Below, in pieces: positions 28,685-35,742 of a stretch of 35,742 nt of DNA. Every line of letters starts with the position of its first letter. The stretch's first letter is position 1. The translations under genes were made by a program, and so were the position numbers. Source of the DNA: a bacterium (lineage in GTDB: Bacteria; Caldisericota; Caldisericia; B22-G15); contig JAAYUH010000137.1 of NCBI GenBank assembly GCA_012517755.1, positions 1-35,742 on the forward strand, read 5' to 3'. The notes under the pieces are model-generated. The model saw only the letters and a list, made by a program, of their open reading frames with translations. It was not told where the DNA came from and made no database searches.

Positions 28685-30143
28685 ATTAAGTAATTTAATG
28701 ATTTTTTTAACTGCAATTTACTTGCATATAAATATTTTTATGCCTGACTTAAAAATTTTATATTCGATACCTTTATTCAGTCTAATTCTATTATTTAATA
28801 GAAAAAACAAAATCTTAGTTCCAATTTTATTGTTTATATTATCGACTACTTTTATTTTTTATTTCAATAATCCAACAACTTTTGTAATTTTTATTGAAAA
28901 TCTATCCTTTATTTTTTTATATATCATTTTTTTAAATTTTATTGAAAAAGATTTTGTTAGCTTTATCTCTATTCCGATTTTAATTTTTTATTTAATTCTA
29001 TTTGAAAAATTAATAGGAATGAATTTGTTTTTAATGATAAGTTCTACTTTCTTAATTGTTGTAACTATTTTTTTAAGATTTCTAAATAATAAAGGTTTTT
29101 ATTTTTGGGAAAATGATTTTTCTATAAAAGGAGATCCATATAAAAAAAGTTTTAAATATTTGCTTTTATCTCTAATTTTTTTCCCAGTATTTTATTTTGT
29201 CACCTTTATCAATTTCTATGACTTCAATAAACTTTTTATATTTAACAATAACACTACTATTAACAATACCCAAGAGATAATAGAAGAGACAGCACCTGAG
29301 TCTTCTCAAACAATAATCTCAAGATATATATTCACGATTAAAGCAAATACTCAAAAGGTTGTTAATTTTTTATTAAATTCAACTTATCTAATAATTTTTT
29401 TAGGCTTTTTAGTTTTTTTCATATTAGCAGGAATAATTCTCTATAGAAAAATAAAAAATGTTTATGGTAATACAAAAGCAAAAAAATTTCTTTTACTTTC
29501 TTTTTCTCTATCTGCAATTTTTTTATTTTCTCTATTTTTCTTGTATAAACCTTTTGAGAAATTAATATTTTATTTAAAAGATAAATTTAATATTGGAACC
29601 TATGGTTTTACTCCATTTGCACAAATATCAAACACAATTAGGAGAATTTTACCACAAACTGCTTTAACCAAGATTTCAAATATCTATATTGATATTGGAG
29701 CTATCTTAATAGTAGTTTTATTTATTATCATAGTATCAATAGCTATCTATTTTATTATTTTCTTTTTATACAAACAAGTATCTGATAAGAGAAAAATTGA
29801 ACTTAATAAAACCTTAGAAAATTTAAATTTAGATGATGTAAAATTAAATGAAATAAGTGGCTCTCCAAAAGAAAAAATTATTATAATATACAACAATCTC
29901 ATCAAAAAACTCAGCACAGTTATTAAAAAATTTATATATGAAACTCCTTTAGAATATAACTTAAAATTTAAACAAGAAAAACCATCTTTAGGTGATGAAT
30001 TTGAATTGATAACTGATAATTTTATAATTGCAAAATATTCAAATATTGATATTGATAATAAAGTTTACAATGAAACTTTTAAAAACTATAAAAAAATAGT
30101 TGAAAAACTTTTTAAGGAGGTGTACTTTGGAGGAAAGATTTAA
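28653..30143 (+). CDS. Large polytopic membrane protein with a DUF4129-like C-terminal domain
   Basis: 496 aa, at least 8 hydrophobic segments. The cytoplasmic tail ETPLEYNLKFKQE...FELITDNFIIAKYSN resembles DUF4129. No transglutaminase Cys-His-Asp core recognised. Overlaps the DUF58 gene by 32 nt. Confidence 0.65.
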   Translation: MSRSKILFLYKLSNLMIFLTAIYLHINIFMPDLKILYSIPLFSLILLFNRKNKILVPILLFILSTTFIFYFNNPTTFVIFIENLSFIFLYIIFLNFIEKDFVSFISIPILIFYLILFEKLIGMNLFLMISSTFLIVVTIFLRFLNNKGFYFWENDFSIKGDPYKKSFKYLLLSLIFFPVFYFVTFINFYDFNKLFIFNNNTTINNTQEIIEETAPESSQTIISRYIFTIKANTQKVVNFLLNSTYLIIFLGFLVFFILAGIILYRKIKNVYGNTKAKKFLLLSFSLSAIFLFSLFFLYKPFEKLIFYLKDKFNIGTYGFTPFAQISNTIRRILPQTALTKISNIYIDIGAILIVVLFIIIVSIAIYFIIFFLYKQVSDKRKIELNKTLENLNLDDVKLNEISGSPKEKIIIIYNNLIKKLSTVIKKFIYETPLEYNLKFKQEKPSLGDEFELITDNFIIAKYSNIDIDNKVYNETFKNYKKIVEKLFKEVYFGGKI

Positions 30144-30960
30144 AAGTGCAGATAGACCTGAGACAAGCGAAGGAAAACAATATCACATAGATTTAAAACC
30201 AGGCGATCTCTCTCCTTATCTTTTAACTCCTGGTGATCCAGGAAGAGTTGATAGAATTTTAAAAACATGGGATGAAGGAAAAATTTTATCTTTTCATAGA
30301 GAATATAAATCAGCTACTGGTAAATTTAAGGGTATCGATATATCTGCTCTATCAACAGGTATTGGAGGACCTTCTCTTGCAATTGCAATTGAGGAGTCTG
30401 CAAGGATAGGAGTTAATACCTTTATAAGAGTAGGGACAACAGGTTCAATTCAAAAAGATATATCTCTTGGTGATATAGTAATTATAAATGGTGCAGTAAG
30501 ACTTGATGGTACTTCAAACCAATATGTTAGAGTTGAATATCCAGCAGTTGCATCATTTGAAGTAACATTAGCTCTTATAGAAGCTTGTGAAGAACTTGGT
30601 TATAAATATCATGTTGGCATTGGTGCTTCAACAGATTCCTTTTACACAGGGCAGGGAAGGCCAGGTTTAAATAATTATCTTCCTTCTTTTGCAAAAGAAA
30701 TTTTTAATGATTTACAAATAGCAAATGTTATGAATTTTGAAATGGAGTGTGCTGCTCTTTTTACAATAACATCTATATATAAATTAAGGGCTGGTGCTTT
30801 ATGTGTTGTTATTGCTAATAGGATAACAAATGAATTTGAATATATTGGAGAAGAAAAAGCTATAACAGTTGCTAATTATGCAGTAAAAATTTTATCTCAC
30901 TGGGATTCAATTAAAAGAGAAAAAGGTAAAGAGTATTTCTATCCAGGATTAATTAAATAA
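30127..30960 (+). CDS. udp: Uridine phosphorylase (PNP/UDP family 1)
   Basis: Aligns by eye along its whole length with E. coli Udp: PGDPGRVDRI, HREY, STGIGGPS.AIA.EE, RVGTTGSIQ, VRLDG.S, FYTGQGR, MNFEME.A. TTG 30127 lies 6 nt after AAGGAGG (the track starts at TTG 30100). Confidence 0.88.
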   Translation: MEERFKSADRPETSEGKQYHIDLKPGDLSPYLLTPGDPGRVDRILKTWDEGKILSFHREYKSATGKFKGIDISALSTGIGGPSLAIAIEESARIGVNTFIRVGTTGSIQKDISLGDIVIINGAVRLDGTSNQYVRVEYPAVASFEVTLALIEACEELGYKYHVGIGASTDSFYTGQGRPGLNNYLPSFAKEIFNDLQIANVMNFEMECAALFTITSIYKLRAGALCVVIANRITNEFEYIGEEKAITVANYAVKILSHWDSIKREKGKEYFYPGLIK

Positions 30961-30971
30961 CAATTTTATAT

Positions 30972-31488
30972 CTAAATACCTATTTTTCTAAATATTAGTC
31001 TTGAAAAATAGGTAACCCATAATCCTATAAAGAAACCCCTCCAATAACATCAAATAAAAAATGTAAGCCAAGATATAATCTTGATATTGATATTAATATT
31101 ATTAAAATAATGGAAATTATCATCAAATAATTTTTCTTAAAAGTTAAATATAATCCTATCCACAAAACTGTTGAATTTTGAGAATGACCACTTGAAAAAC
31201 CATAACCACCACCAGATTCAACATAAATTGCTTCTACTATTTTTTCATCAGGTCTTGGAGATTTAAAAATATTTTTAAATATGTTGTTTGTTAGATATGA
31301 AATTGTTAATAGAATGAGAAGCTTTAATGTTATTTTATCTTCAAAAATAAGAAAGAAAAAAGTAAATAAAATTAAATAGAATTGTATGCTTCCTAAATCT
31401 GTTATTATTATAAATAAATTATTTAAGAAATTGCTTCTAATATTAGCAAAAAATTTTAAAATTGTATAACCAAAAATATATCACTCAT
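30972..31488 (-). pseudogene. PAP2-superfamily phosphatase (undecaprenyl-diphosphatase/PgpB-like) interrupted by two single-base frameshifts
   Basis: Hand translation of the minus strand gives three pieces. MSDIFLVIQF* starts at ATG 31488. The second piece, in another frame, reads ..LKFFANIRSNFLNNLFIIITDLGS...KNIFKSPRP...FSSGHS...SRLYLGLHFLFDVIGGVSL*. The third frame reads GFFIGLWVTYFSRLIFRKIGI*. All three PAP2 motifs (Kx6RP, SGH, SRx5Hx3D) are present. The frame breaks fall in a T/A homopolymer tract (~31455-31470) and a G4 run (31036-31039). Confidence 0.8.
30977..31014. terminator. 11-bp perfect inverted repeat (TACCTATTTTT / AAAAATAGGTA, 16-nt loop) between convergent udp and the PAP2 gene
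   Basis: Read directly. On the minus strand it is followed by TTTAGAT. The loop is large for an intrinsic terminator, and the repeat overlaps the last codons of the restored PAP2 frame. Confidence 0.3.
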
Positions 31489-31622
31489 TAAAATTTACCA
31501 ATTTTATAATTATACACTAACAAAATATAATTGGTCGAAATTTAATTGCTGATTTTAGTGTACAGGTAGTCGGGCACCTTATTCACTAATTTCAAACTCT
31601 AATCCTAAAAATATTATACTGA

Positions 31623-31631
31623 TGATATAAT
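31623..31631 (+). promoter_or_regulatory. Extended -10 element TGATATAAT, ending 8 nt before the EamA start codon
   Basis: Exact TGnTATAAT; only 8 nt separate it from ATG 31640, and there is no Shine-Dalgarno. This suggests a leaderless or near-leaderless transcript. Confidence 0.4.
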
Positions 31632-31639
31632 GATTTAAT

Positions 31640-32476
31640 ATGAAAAAAGAGGATCTCATTCTTTTTTTACCACCTTTTTTATGGGGATGGACATTTGTTA
31701 TAGTAAAAAATGGTGTATCAAATTATGATCCCCTTTCTTTTATATTTATAAGATTTTTATTTTCAATAATTTTCCTTGTTCCTTTAATATACTATTTTAA
31801 AGTAAAAATAACAAAAAATATTTTTTTAAAAGGTTTTATCCTTGGTATTTTACTTTTTTTTGCTTATCTATTTCAAACAATTGGTTTAAGATATACAACT
31901 CCTTCGAACAGTGCATTTATAACATCAATTTCAGTTATAATAACCCCCTTTTTTAATTTTTTTGTTTCTAAATCTAAAATTAAAACTCAAACTTTTTTTG
32001 CGATTATATTATCCTTAATTGGATTATATTTTCTTTTTGGTGGAAATTTTCAAAAAATAAATATTGGTGATATATTAACTTTTATTTGTGCAATTTTCTG
32101 GGCATTGCATATATCATTTATTGGTCATTTTTCATTAAATGAAGAATCTCTTTCATCTCTTTTTGTTCAACTTTGGGTTGTATTTCTTTTTTCATCAATA
32201 TCAATATTATTAACAAATAAAACAATATTACCTATTCCAAAAAATTCATTATTAGATTCCTTTATTGTTGCTATTTTTGCAACAATAGTTCCTTTTTATA
32301 TACAAATTAAATATCAAAGAAGAGAAAATACAATTAAAACTGCATTCATCTTTTCTACAGAACCGATATTTGCGAATCTTTTAGAAGTTATTTTTCTTGG
32401 TCCAATTTATACGATTATCAATTATTTTGGGATGATTTTGATATTTTTTTCTTCTTTAATAGCTCAAAGAGATTAA
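31640..32476 (+). CDS. EamA/DMT-superfamily transporter
   Basis: 278 aa, about 10 TM segments in two repeats; N-terminal LWGWTFVIVK and ..YLFQTIGLRYTTPSNSAFI typical of EamA domains. Confidence 0.8.
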   Translation: MKKEDLILFLPPFLWGWTFVIVKNGVSNYDPLSFIFIRFLFSIIFLVPLIYYFKVKITKNIFLKGFILGILLFFAYLFQTIGLRYTTPSNSAFITSISVIITPFFNFFVSKSKIKTQTFFAIILSLIGLYFLFGGNFQKINIGDILTFICAIFWALHISFIGHFSLNEESLSSLFVQLWVVFLFSSISILLTNKTILPIPKNSLLDSFIVAIFATIVPFYIQIKYQRRENTIKTAFIFSTEPIFANLLEVIFLGPIYTIINYFGMILIFFSSLIAQRD

Positions 32477-34197
32477 CTTTTTATGAATCTTTCAAATTCT
32501 TTTAAAGAAAGAGTATTTATTACATCTTTTTTATTTAGCCAACCCCTTCTTGCTACTCCTATTCCATATCTCATATCAGAAAGACCATTAACTGAGTGAG
32601 CATCTGTGCCAATTGAGAATTTTAAATTATATAACTCCTTTCCATGCATAGCATTTAAATCATTCAAATCTAATCTTTCTGGATTAGCATTTATTTCAAG
32701 GATTATTCCATTATTTTTGGCCTCTTTAAAAATTTCATCTAAATCAACTTCATATTCATCTCTTGTACCAAGCAGTCTACCAGTTGGATGTGTTATTATT
32801 TTTATTTTTTCTATGTTCATAGCTTTTTTGATTCTTTCAGTTATTTTCTTTTTATCTTGATTAAAACCAGTATGAATTCCAGCAAGACATATATCAAAAA
32901 TTGAGAGCTCTTTTTCTTCAAAATCAACGCTTCCATCTGAAAGAATATTCAATTCACAGCCCAAAAATATTCTGAATTTGTCACCAAACTCCTCATTTAT
33001 TTTATCTATCTCTTTTTTTTGCTCTTTATATTTTTCTATTGATAAGCCAGAAGCAACTCCAAGCGCTTTTGCGTGATCAGCAATAACTAAATACTCATAA
33101 CCCAACTCAATAGATTTTTTTACCATCTCATAAATGGTATTTTCACCATCAGAATATTTTGTATGAACATGCGTATCACCTTTAATATCTCTAATATCAA
33201 TAATTTTAGGAAGTTTGTTTTCAAGCGCAAGTTCAATTTCACCCCTATCTTCTCTCATTTCTGGAGGAATGAGTGGCAAATCTAAAATATTATAAACCTC
33301 TTCCTCTTTTTCTCCACAAATTCTTTCATCTTTGTCAATTTTAAATACTCCATACTCATTAACTTTTAATCCCTTTTTAATAGCAAGTTCTCTTATTTTC
33401 ACATTATGTTCTTTTGAACCTGTAAAATATTGAACTGCTGCACCAAATGAAATTGGTTCAACTACTCTAACATCAATCTGTATACCTTCTGGAGTAATTA
33501 TTGTTGATTTTGTATCACCTTTATTTACAACCTCTTTAACAATTCCCATATTTGTAAAAAAATCCATTACTTGATTTGAATTATTACTTGTCACAAGAAT
33601 ATCAATATCTCCAATAGTTTCTTTCATTCTTCTGATACTTCCGCAAATTTCTATTTTATCAATAGGTGCTCCTTTTACTAAACTCTCTTTTACAAACTCC
33701 GCAATTGGTAGTGCTATTCCAAGATTGATTCTTCTTACCTCTTTCTTTTTTGGGTGTTGAAGAGCCTTAAGAATATTCTCCTCTTTTTTTTGACCAAAAC
33801 CATCTAATTGCCTAATTTTTCCTTCAATTGCTGCTTTTTTTAAATCTTCTATATTTTTAATTCCAAGTTTATTATAAAGAGTATATGCTCCTTTTGGTCC
33901 AACTCCAGGGACATTTAAAAGTTCAATTAAAGTTTCAGGTATTTGCTTTTTTACCTCTTCAAGTTTATCTATTTTTCCAGTTTCAAGATATTGAACAATC
34001 TTTTTAGCAATTCCTTCACCAATTCCCTTGATCTCAGTTAATTTTCCCTCTCTTGCAAGTTCTTCAATAGGAATAGTCAGATTTTCTATTCTTCTTGCTG
34101 CTTCAATATAAGCATTTATTTTGAACTTCATTTCGCCAAGAATTTCAAGATATGATGCTAACTCATAAAGTTTTTCACTAACCTCTTTATTTCTCAT
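32473..34197 (-). CDS. polX: Family X DNA polymerase with C-terminal PHP phosphoesterase domain (PolX)
   Basis: The ORF extends to 34302, but the first 35 codons are low-complexity. ATG 34197 gives MRNKEVSEKLYELASYLEILGE. HhH motifs IKGIGEGIAKKI and VPGVGPKGAYTL, nucleotidyltransferase GSIRRMKETIGDIDILV, PHP GDTHVHTKYSDG...GTDAH. Confidence 0.9.
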   Translation of the reverse strand: MRNKEVSEKLYELASYLEILGEMKFKINAYIEAARRIENLTIPIEELAREGKLTEIKGIGEGIAKKIVQYLETGKIDKLEEVKKQIPETLIELLNVPGVGPKGAYTLYNKLGIKNIEDLKKAAIEGKIRQLDGFGQKKEENILKALQHPKKKEVRRINLGIALPIAEFVKESLVKGAPIDKIEICGSIRRMKETIGDIDILVTSNNSNQVMDFFTNMGIVKEVVNKGDTKSTIITPEGIQIDVRVVEPISFGAAVQYFTGSKEHNVKIRELAIKKGLKVNEYGVFKIDKDERICGEKEEEVYNILDLPLIPPEMREDRGEIELALENKLPKIIDIRDIKGDTHVHTKYSDGENTIYEMVKKSIELGYEYLVIADHAKALGVASGLSIEKYKEQKKEIDKINEEFGDKFRIFLGCELNILSDGSVDFEEKELSIFDICLAGIHTGFNQDKKKITERIKKAMNIEKIKIITHPTGRLLGTRDEYEVDLDEIFKEAKNNGIILEINANPERLDLNDLNAMHGKELYNLKFSIGTDAHSVNGLSDMRYGIGVARRGWLNKKDVINTLSLKEFERFIKS

Positions 34198-34238
34198 AAT
34201 TAAATTATAGGATATTTTTTCTTTAATTATAATAATTA

Positions 34239-34267
34239 TTGAACTTTTAATGTTAAATAGATAAAAT
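34239..34267 (+). promoter_or_regulatory. Sigma-70-like promoter TTGAAC-17 nt-TAAAAT for the PIG-L gene
   Basis: -35 at 34239-34244, -10 at 34262-34267, AGGAGG at 34286-34291, ATG 34297. Confidence 0.4.
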
Positions 34268-34296
34268 TTAAATAAGATAAATAATAGGAGGTTTTT

Positions 34297-35037
34297 ATGC
34301 AAATAGATGAATTGTCAAAAATTCCTGATATTTTTACTTTTGATAGATTTTTAATTTTTGAGCCACATTCAGATGATGCTGATATTTTTGTAGGTGGTTT
34401 GATAAAAAAACTTTCTAATATGAAAAAAGAAATTATTTTAGTTACAGTAACAGATGGAAGCAAAGGGACATACAATCCATATGAAAATGAGGGTAGCATA
34501 AGAGAAAAAAGAAGAGAGGAGAGATTAAATTCCTCTTTTATTCTTGGAATTAAGGATACAATTTTTTTAGATTATCCTGACTATGATTTACCAGATAAAA
34601 AAATTCTTGTTGAAAGATTCATAAAACTAATTAGAGAGTTAAAACCTGATTGTGTCTTTACTGTTGATCCATTCTTATTATATGAAGTTCACCCAGATCA
34701 TAAGATAGTTGGCGAATCTGTAAGCGAAGCTTTTTTCTTTTCTCCGATGCCTTTAATATATAAAAATTACACTCCACATCTCGTAAATACAATAGCTTAT
34801 TATATAACACAATACCCAAATAATTTTATAGATATATCAGATACTTTTGATTTTAAAATTGAGGCTATAAAAAAACATAAATCACAATTTAATGAAGAAG
34901 ATTTTATGAAAATGAAAACCTATTTAACTTATAAAAATGGAGAATATGGTAAAAAAATAGGAGTAAATTATGCTGAAGCATTAAAAATTTTAACCCCATT
35001 ACAAATTCACACAAATGTTGATGCTATTTATTTATAA
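34297..35037 (+). CDS. PIG-L/LmbE-family N-acetylglucosaminyl deacetylase
   Basis: 246 aa; FEPHSDDADIFVGG, VTVTDGSKG, VHPDHKIVGE, HKSQ: the zinc-dependent PIG-L family motifs. Confidence 0.85.
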   Translation: MQIDELSKIPDIFTFDRFLIFEPHSDDADIFVGGLIKKLSNMKKEIILVTVTDGSKGTYNPYENEGSIREKRREERLNSSFILGIKDTIFLDYPDYDLPDKKILVERFIKLIRELKPDCVFTVDPFLLYEVHPDHKIVGESVSEAFFFSPMPLIYKNYTPHLVNTIAYYITQYPNNFIDISDTFDFKIEAIKKHKSQFNEEDFMKMKTYLTYKNGEYGKKIGVNYAEALKILTPLQIHTNVDAIYL

Positions 35038-35049
35038 AATGGAGGTATT

Positions 35050-35742
35050 ATGGATGAATATAAAATAATGTTTGATTCAATTTATAATGTTCCTGAAGAT
35101 ATTGAGGAGATTAAAAATTATTTAAAAGACTATAAAACCCCAGATTTCAAATTTAATAAAATAGTTTTTCTTGGTACAGGTGGTGGTTCAAGAGCTGCTT
35201 TTGATGTTATCTCTACTTATCTTTTTGATAAATCTCCCCATCCTATTTTCATATATCAGAGTTATGAAATTCCAGAGTTTATTGATAAAGAAACACTTGT
35301 TATAGCTTGCTCTTATTCAGGTGAAACAGAAGAGACAATATCATCGCTTGAAAAATCAATTAAAAAAACTGATAAGATTATAATTTTTTCTTCAAATGGA
35401 AAATTAGAAAAGATTTCAAATGAAAAAAATTTACCCTTTATAAAATTAAAAAAGGGTTATGAAGCAAGACAGGCATTACATATAATATTTTTTTCAATAA
35501 TTATTATCTTAGAGAAGTTTTTAAAATTAGATTTTTCAAATGATATAGATGAAGTTATAAAGATTTTAAAAATTGAGAGAGAAAAAAATAATAGTGAATT
35601 AGATGAAATTGTTAATGATATGATTAACAGAATACCTGTTATTTATGGTTCATCAAACTTTTCAGATTCCATTGCAGAAAGATTTAGAAGACAATTCAAT
35701 GAAAATGGAAAAATATTAGCACACTCAAATATCATTCCGAAC
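35050..35742 (+). CDS. Bifunctional phosphoglucose/phosphomannose isomerase-type SIS protein, 5' part (runs off window)
   Basis: Not in the ORF track because there is no stop in the window. ATG 35050 follows GGAGG. 231 open codons: FLGTGGGSRAAFDV, CSYSGETEET, PVIYGSSNFSDSIAERFRRQFNENGK. Confidence 0.8.
   Translation, partial: MDEYKIMFDSIYNVPEDIEEIKNYLKDYKTPDFKFNKIVFLGTGGGSRAAFDVISTYLFDKSPHPIFIYQSYEIPEFIDKETLVIACSYSGETEETISSLEKSIKKTDKIIIFSSNGKLEKISNEKNLPFIKLKKGYEARQALHIIFFSIIIILEKFLKLDFSNDIDEVIKILKIEREKNNSELDEIVNDMINRIPVIYGSSNFSDSIAERFRRQFNENGKILAHSNIIPN

Noticed and set aside
31545-31590. Locally G+C-richer patch (GTGTACAGGTAGTCGGGCACC) upstream of the EamA transporter, considered as a riboswitch or small RNA.
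   Set aside because: I could not fold it into a convincing stem structure, nor match it to riboswitch consensus sequences I know (preQ1, fluoride, guanidine, SAM classes). It also lies upstream of the best promoter candidate rather than in a 5' UTR.
34198-34302. 35-codon N-terminal extension of the PolX ORF (MHKNLLLFILFKFYLFNIKSS...), and the overlapping 34236-34499(-) ORF.
   Set aside because: The extension is low-complexity, runs through the divergent PIG-L promoter and RBS, and precedes a canonical PolX N-terminus at ATG 34197. The 87-aa ORF is antisense to the well-supported PIG-L gene.
1-35742. Search for CRISPR arrays, long direct or inverted repeats, IS elements, integrases, toxin-antitoxin pairs or known defence genes.
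   Set aside because: Reading through the window on both strands, I recognised no spaced repeat array, transposase or integrase motifs, or defence-system domains. Short or degenerate repeats could have been missed without a computational self-comparison such as a dot plot.

Overview
AT-rich bacterial chromosome segment (roughly 30% G+C by eye), with strong AGGAGG Shine-Dalgarno sites and very tight gene packing that includes many 4-nt ATGA/GTGA/TTGA stop-start overlaps. Positions 1-17793 are the conserved ribosomal super-operon on the + strand: tuf 3' end, S10 cluster (rpsJ-rplC-rplD-rplW-rplB-rpsS-rplV-rpsC-rplP-rpmC-rpsQ), spc cluster (rplN-rplX-rplE-rpsN-rpsH-rplF-rplR-rpsE-rplO-secY-adk-map-infA-rpmJ), alpha cluster (rpsM-rpsK-rpsD-rpoA-rplQ), then ecfA1-ecfA2-ecfT-truA. 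No rpmD (L30) gene lies between rpsE and rplO. rpmJ falls below the ORF-track size cutoff and was found by eye. Positions 17.9-35.7 kb are housekeeping and accessory genes: a DUF996-like membrane protein (-), a ferritin-like diiron protein with an ABC-2 exporter, cvpA, a SpoIID/LytB protein, queA, and a six-gene tightly coupled string (class-I aminotransferase, SDH-type ClpP-fold protease, MoxR AAA+, DUF58, DUF4129-like polytopic membrane protein, uridine phosphorylase). After these come a PAP2 phosphatase gene (-) broken by two homopolymer frameshifts and missing from the ORF track, an EamA/DMT transporter, PolX (-), a PIG-L deacetylase and the 5' part of a bifunctional PGI/PMI-type SIS isomerase. 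I saw no rRNA, tRNA, CRISPR array, transposase, integrase or recognisable defence genes. The best candidates for follow-up are the protease-MoxR-DUF58-DUF4129 module, an RpoA with what looks like two tandem alpha-CTD domains, the frameshifted PAP2 gene with intact catalytic motifs, and the missing L30. All family calls come from motif recognition by eye; no database search was run. I found no clear-cut novel system, and the protease-MoxR module is only the best available candidate.
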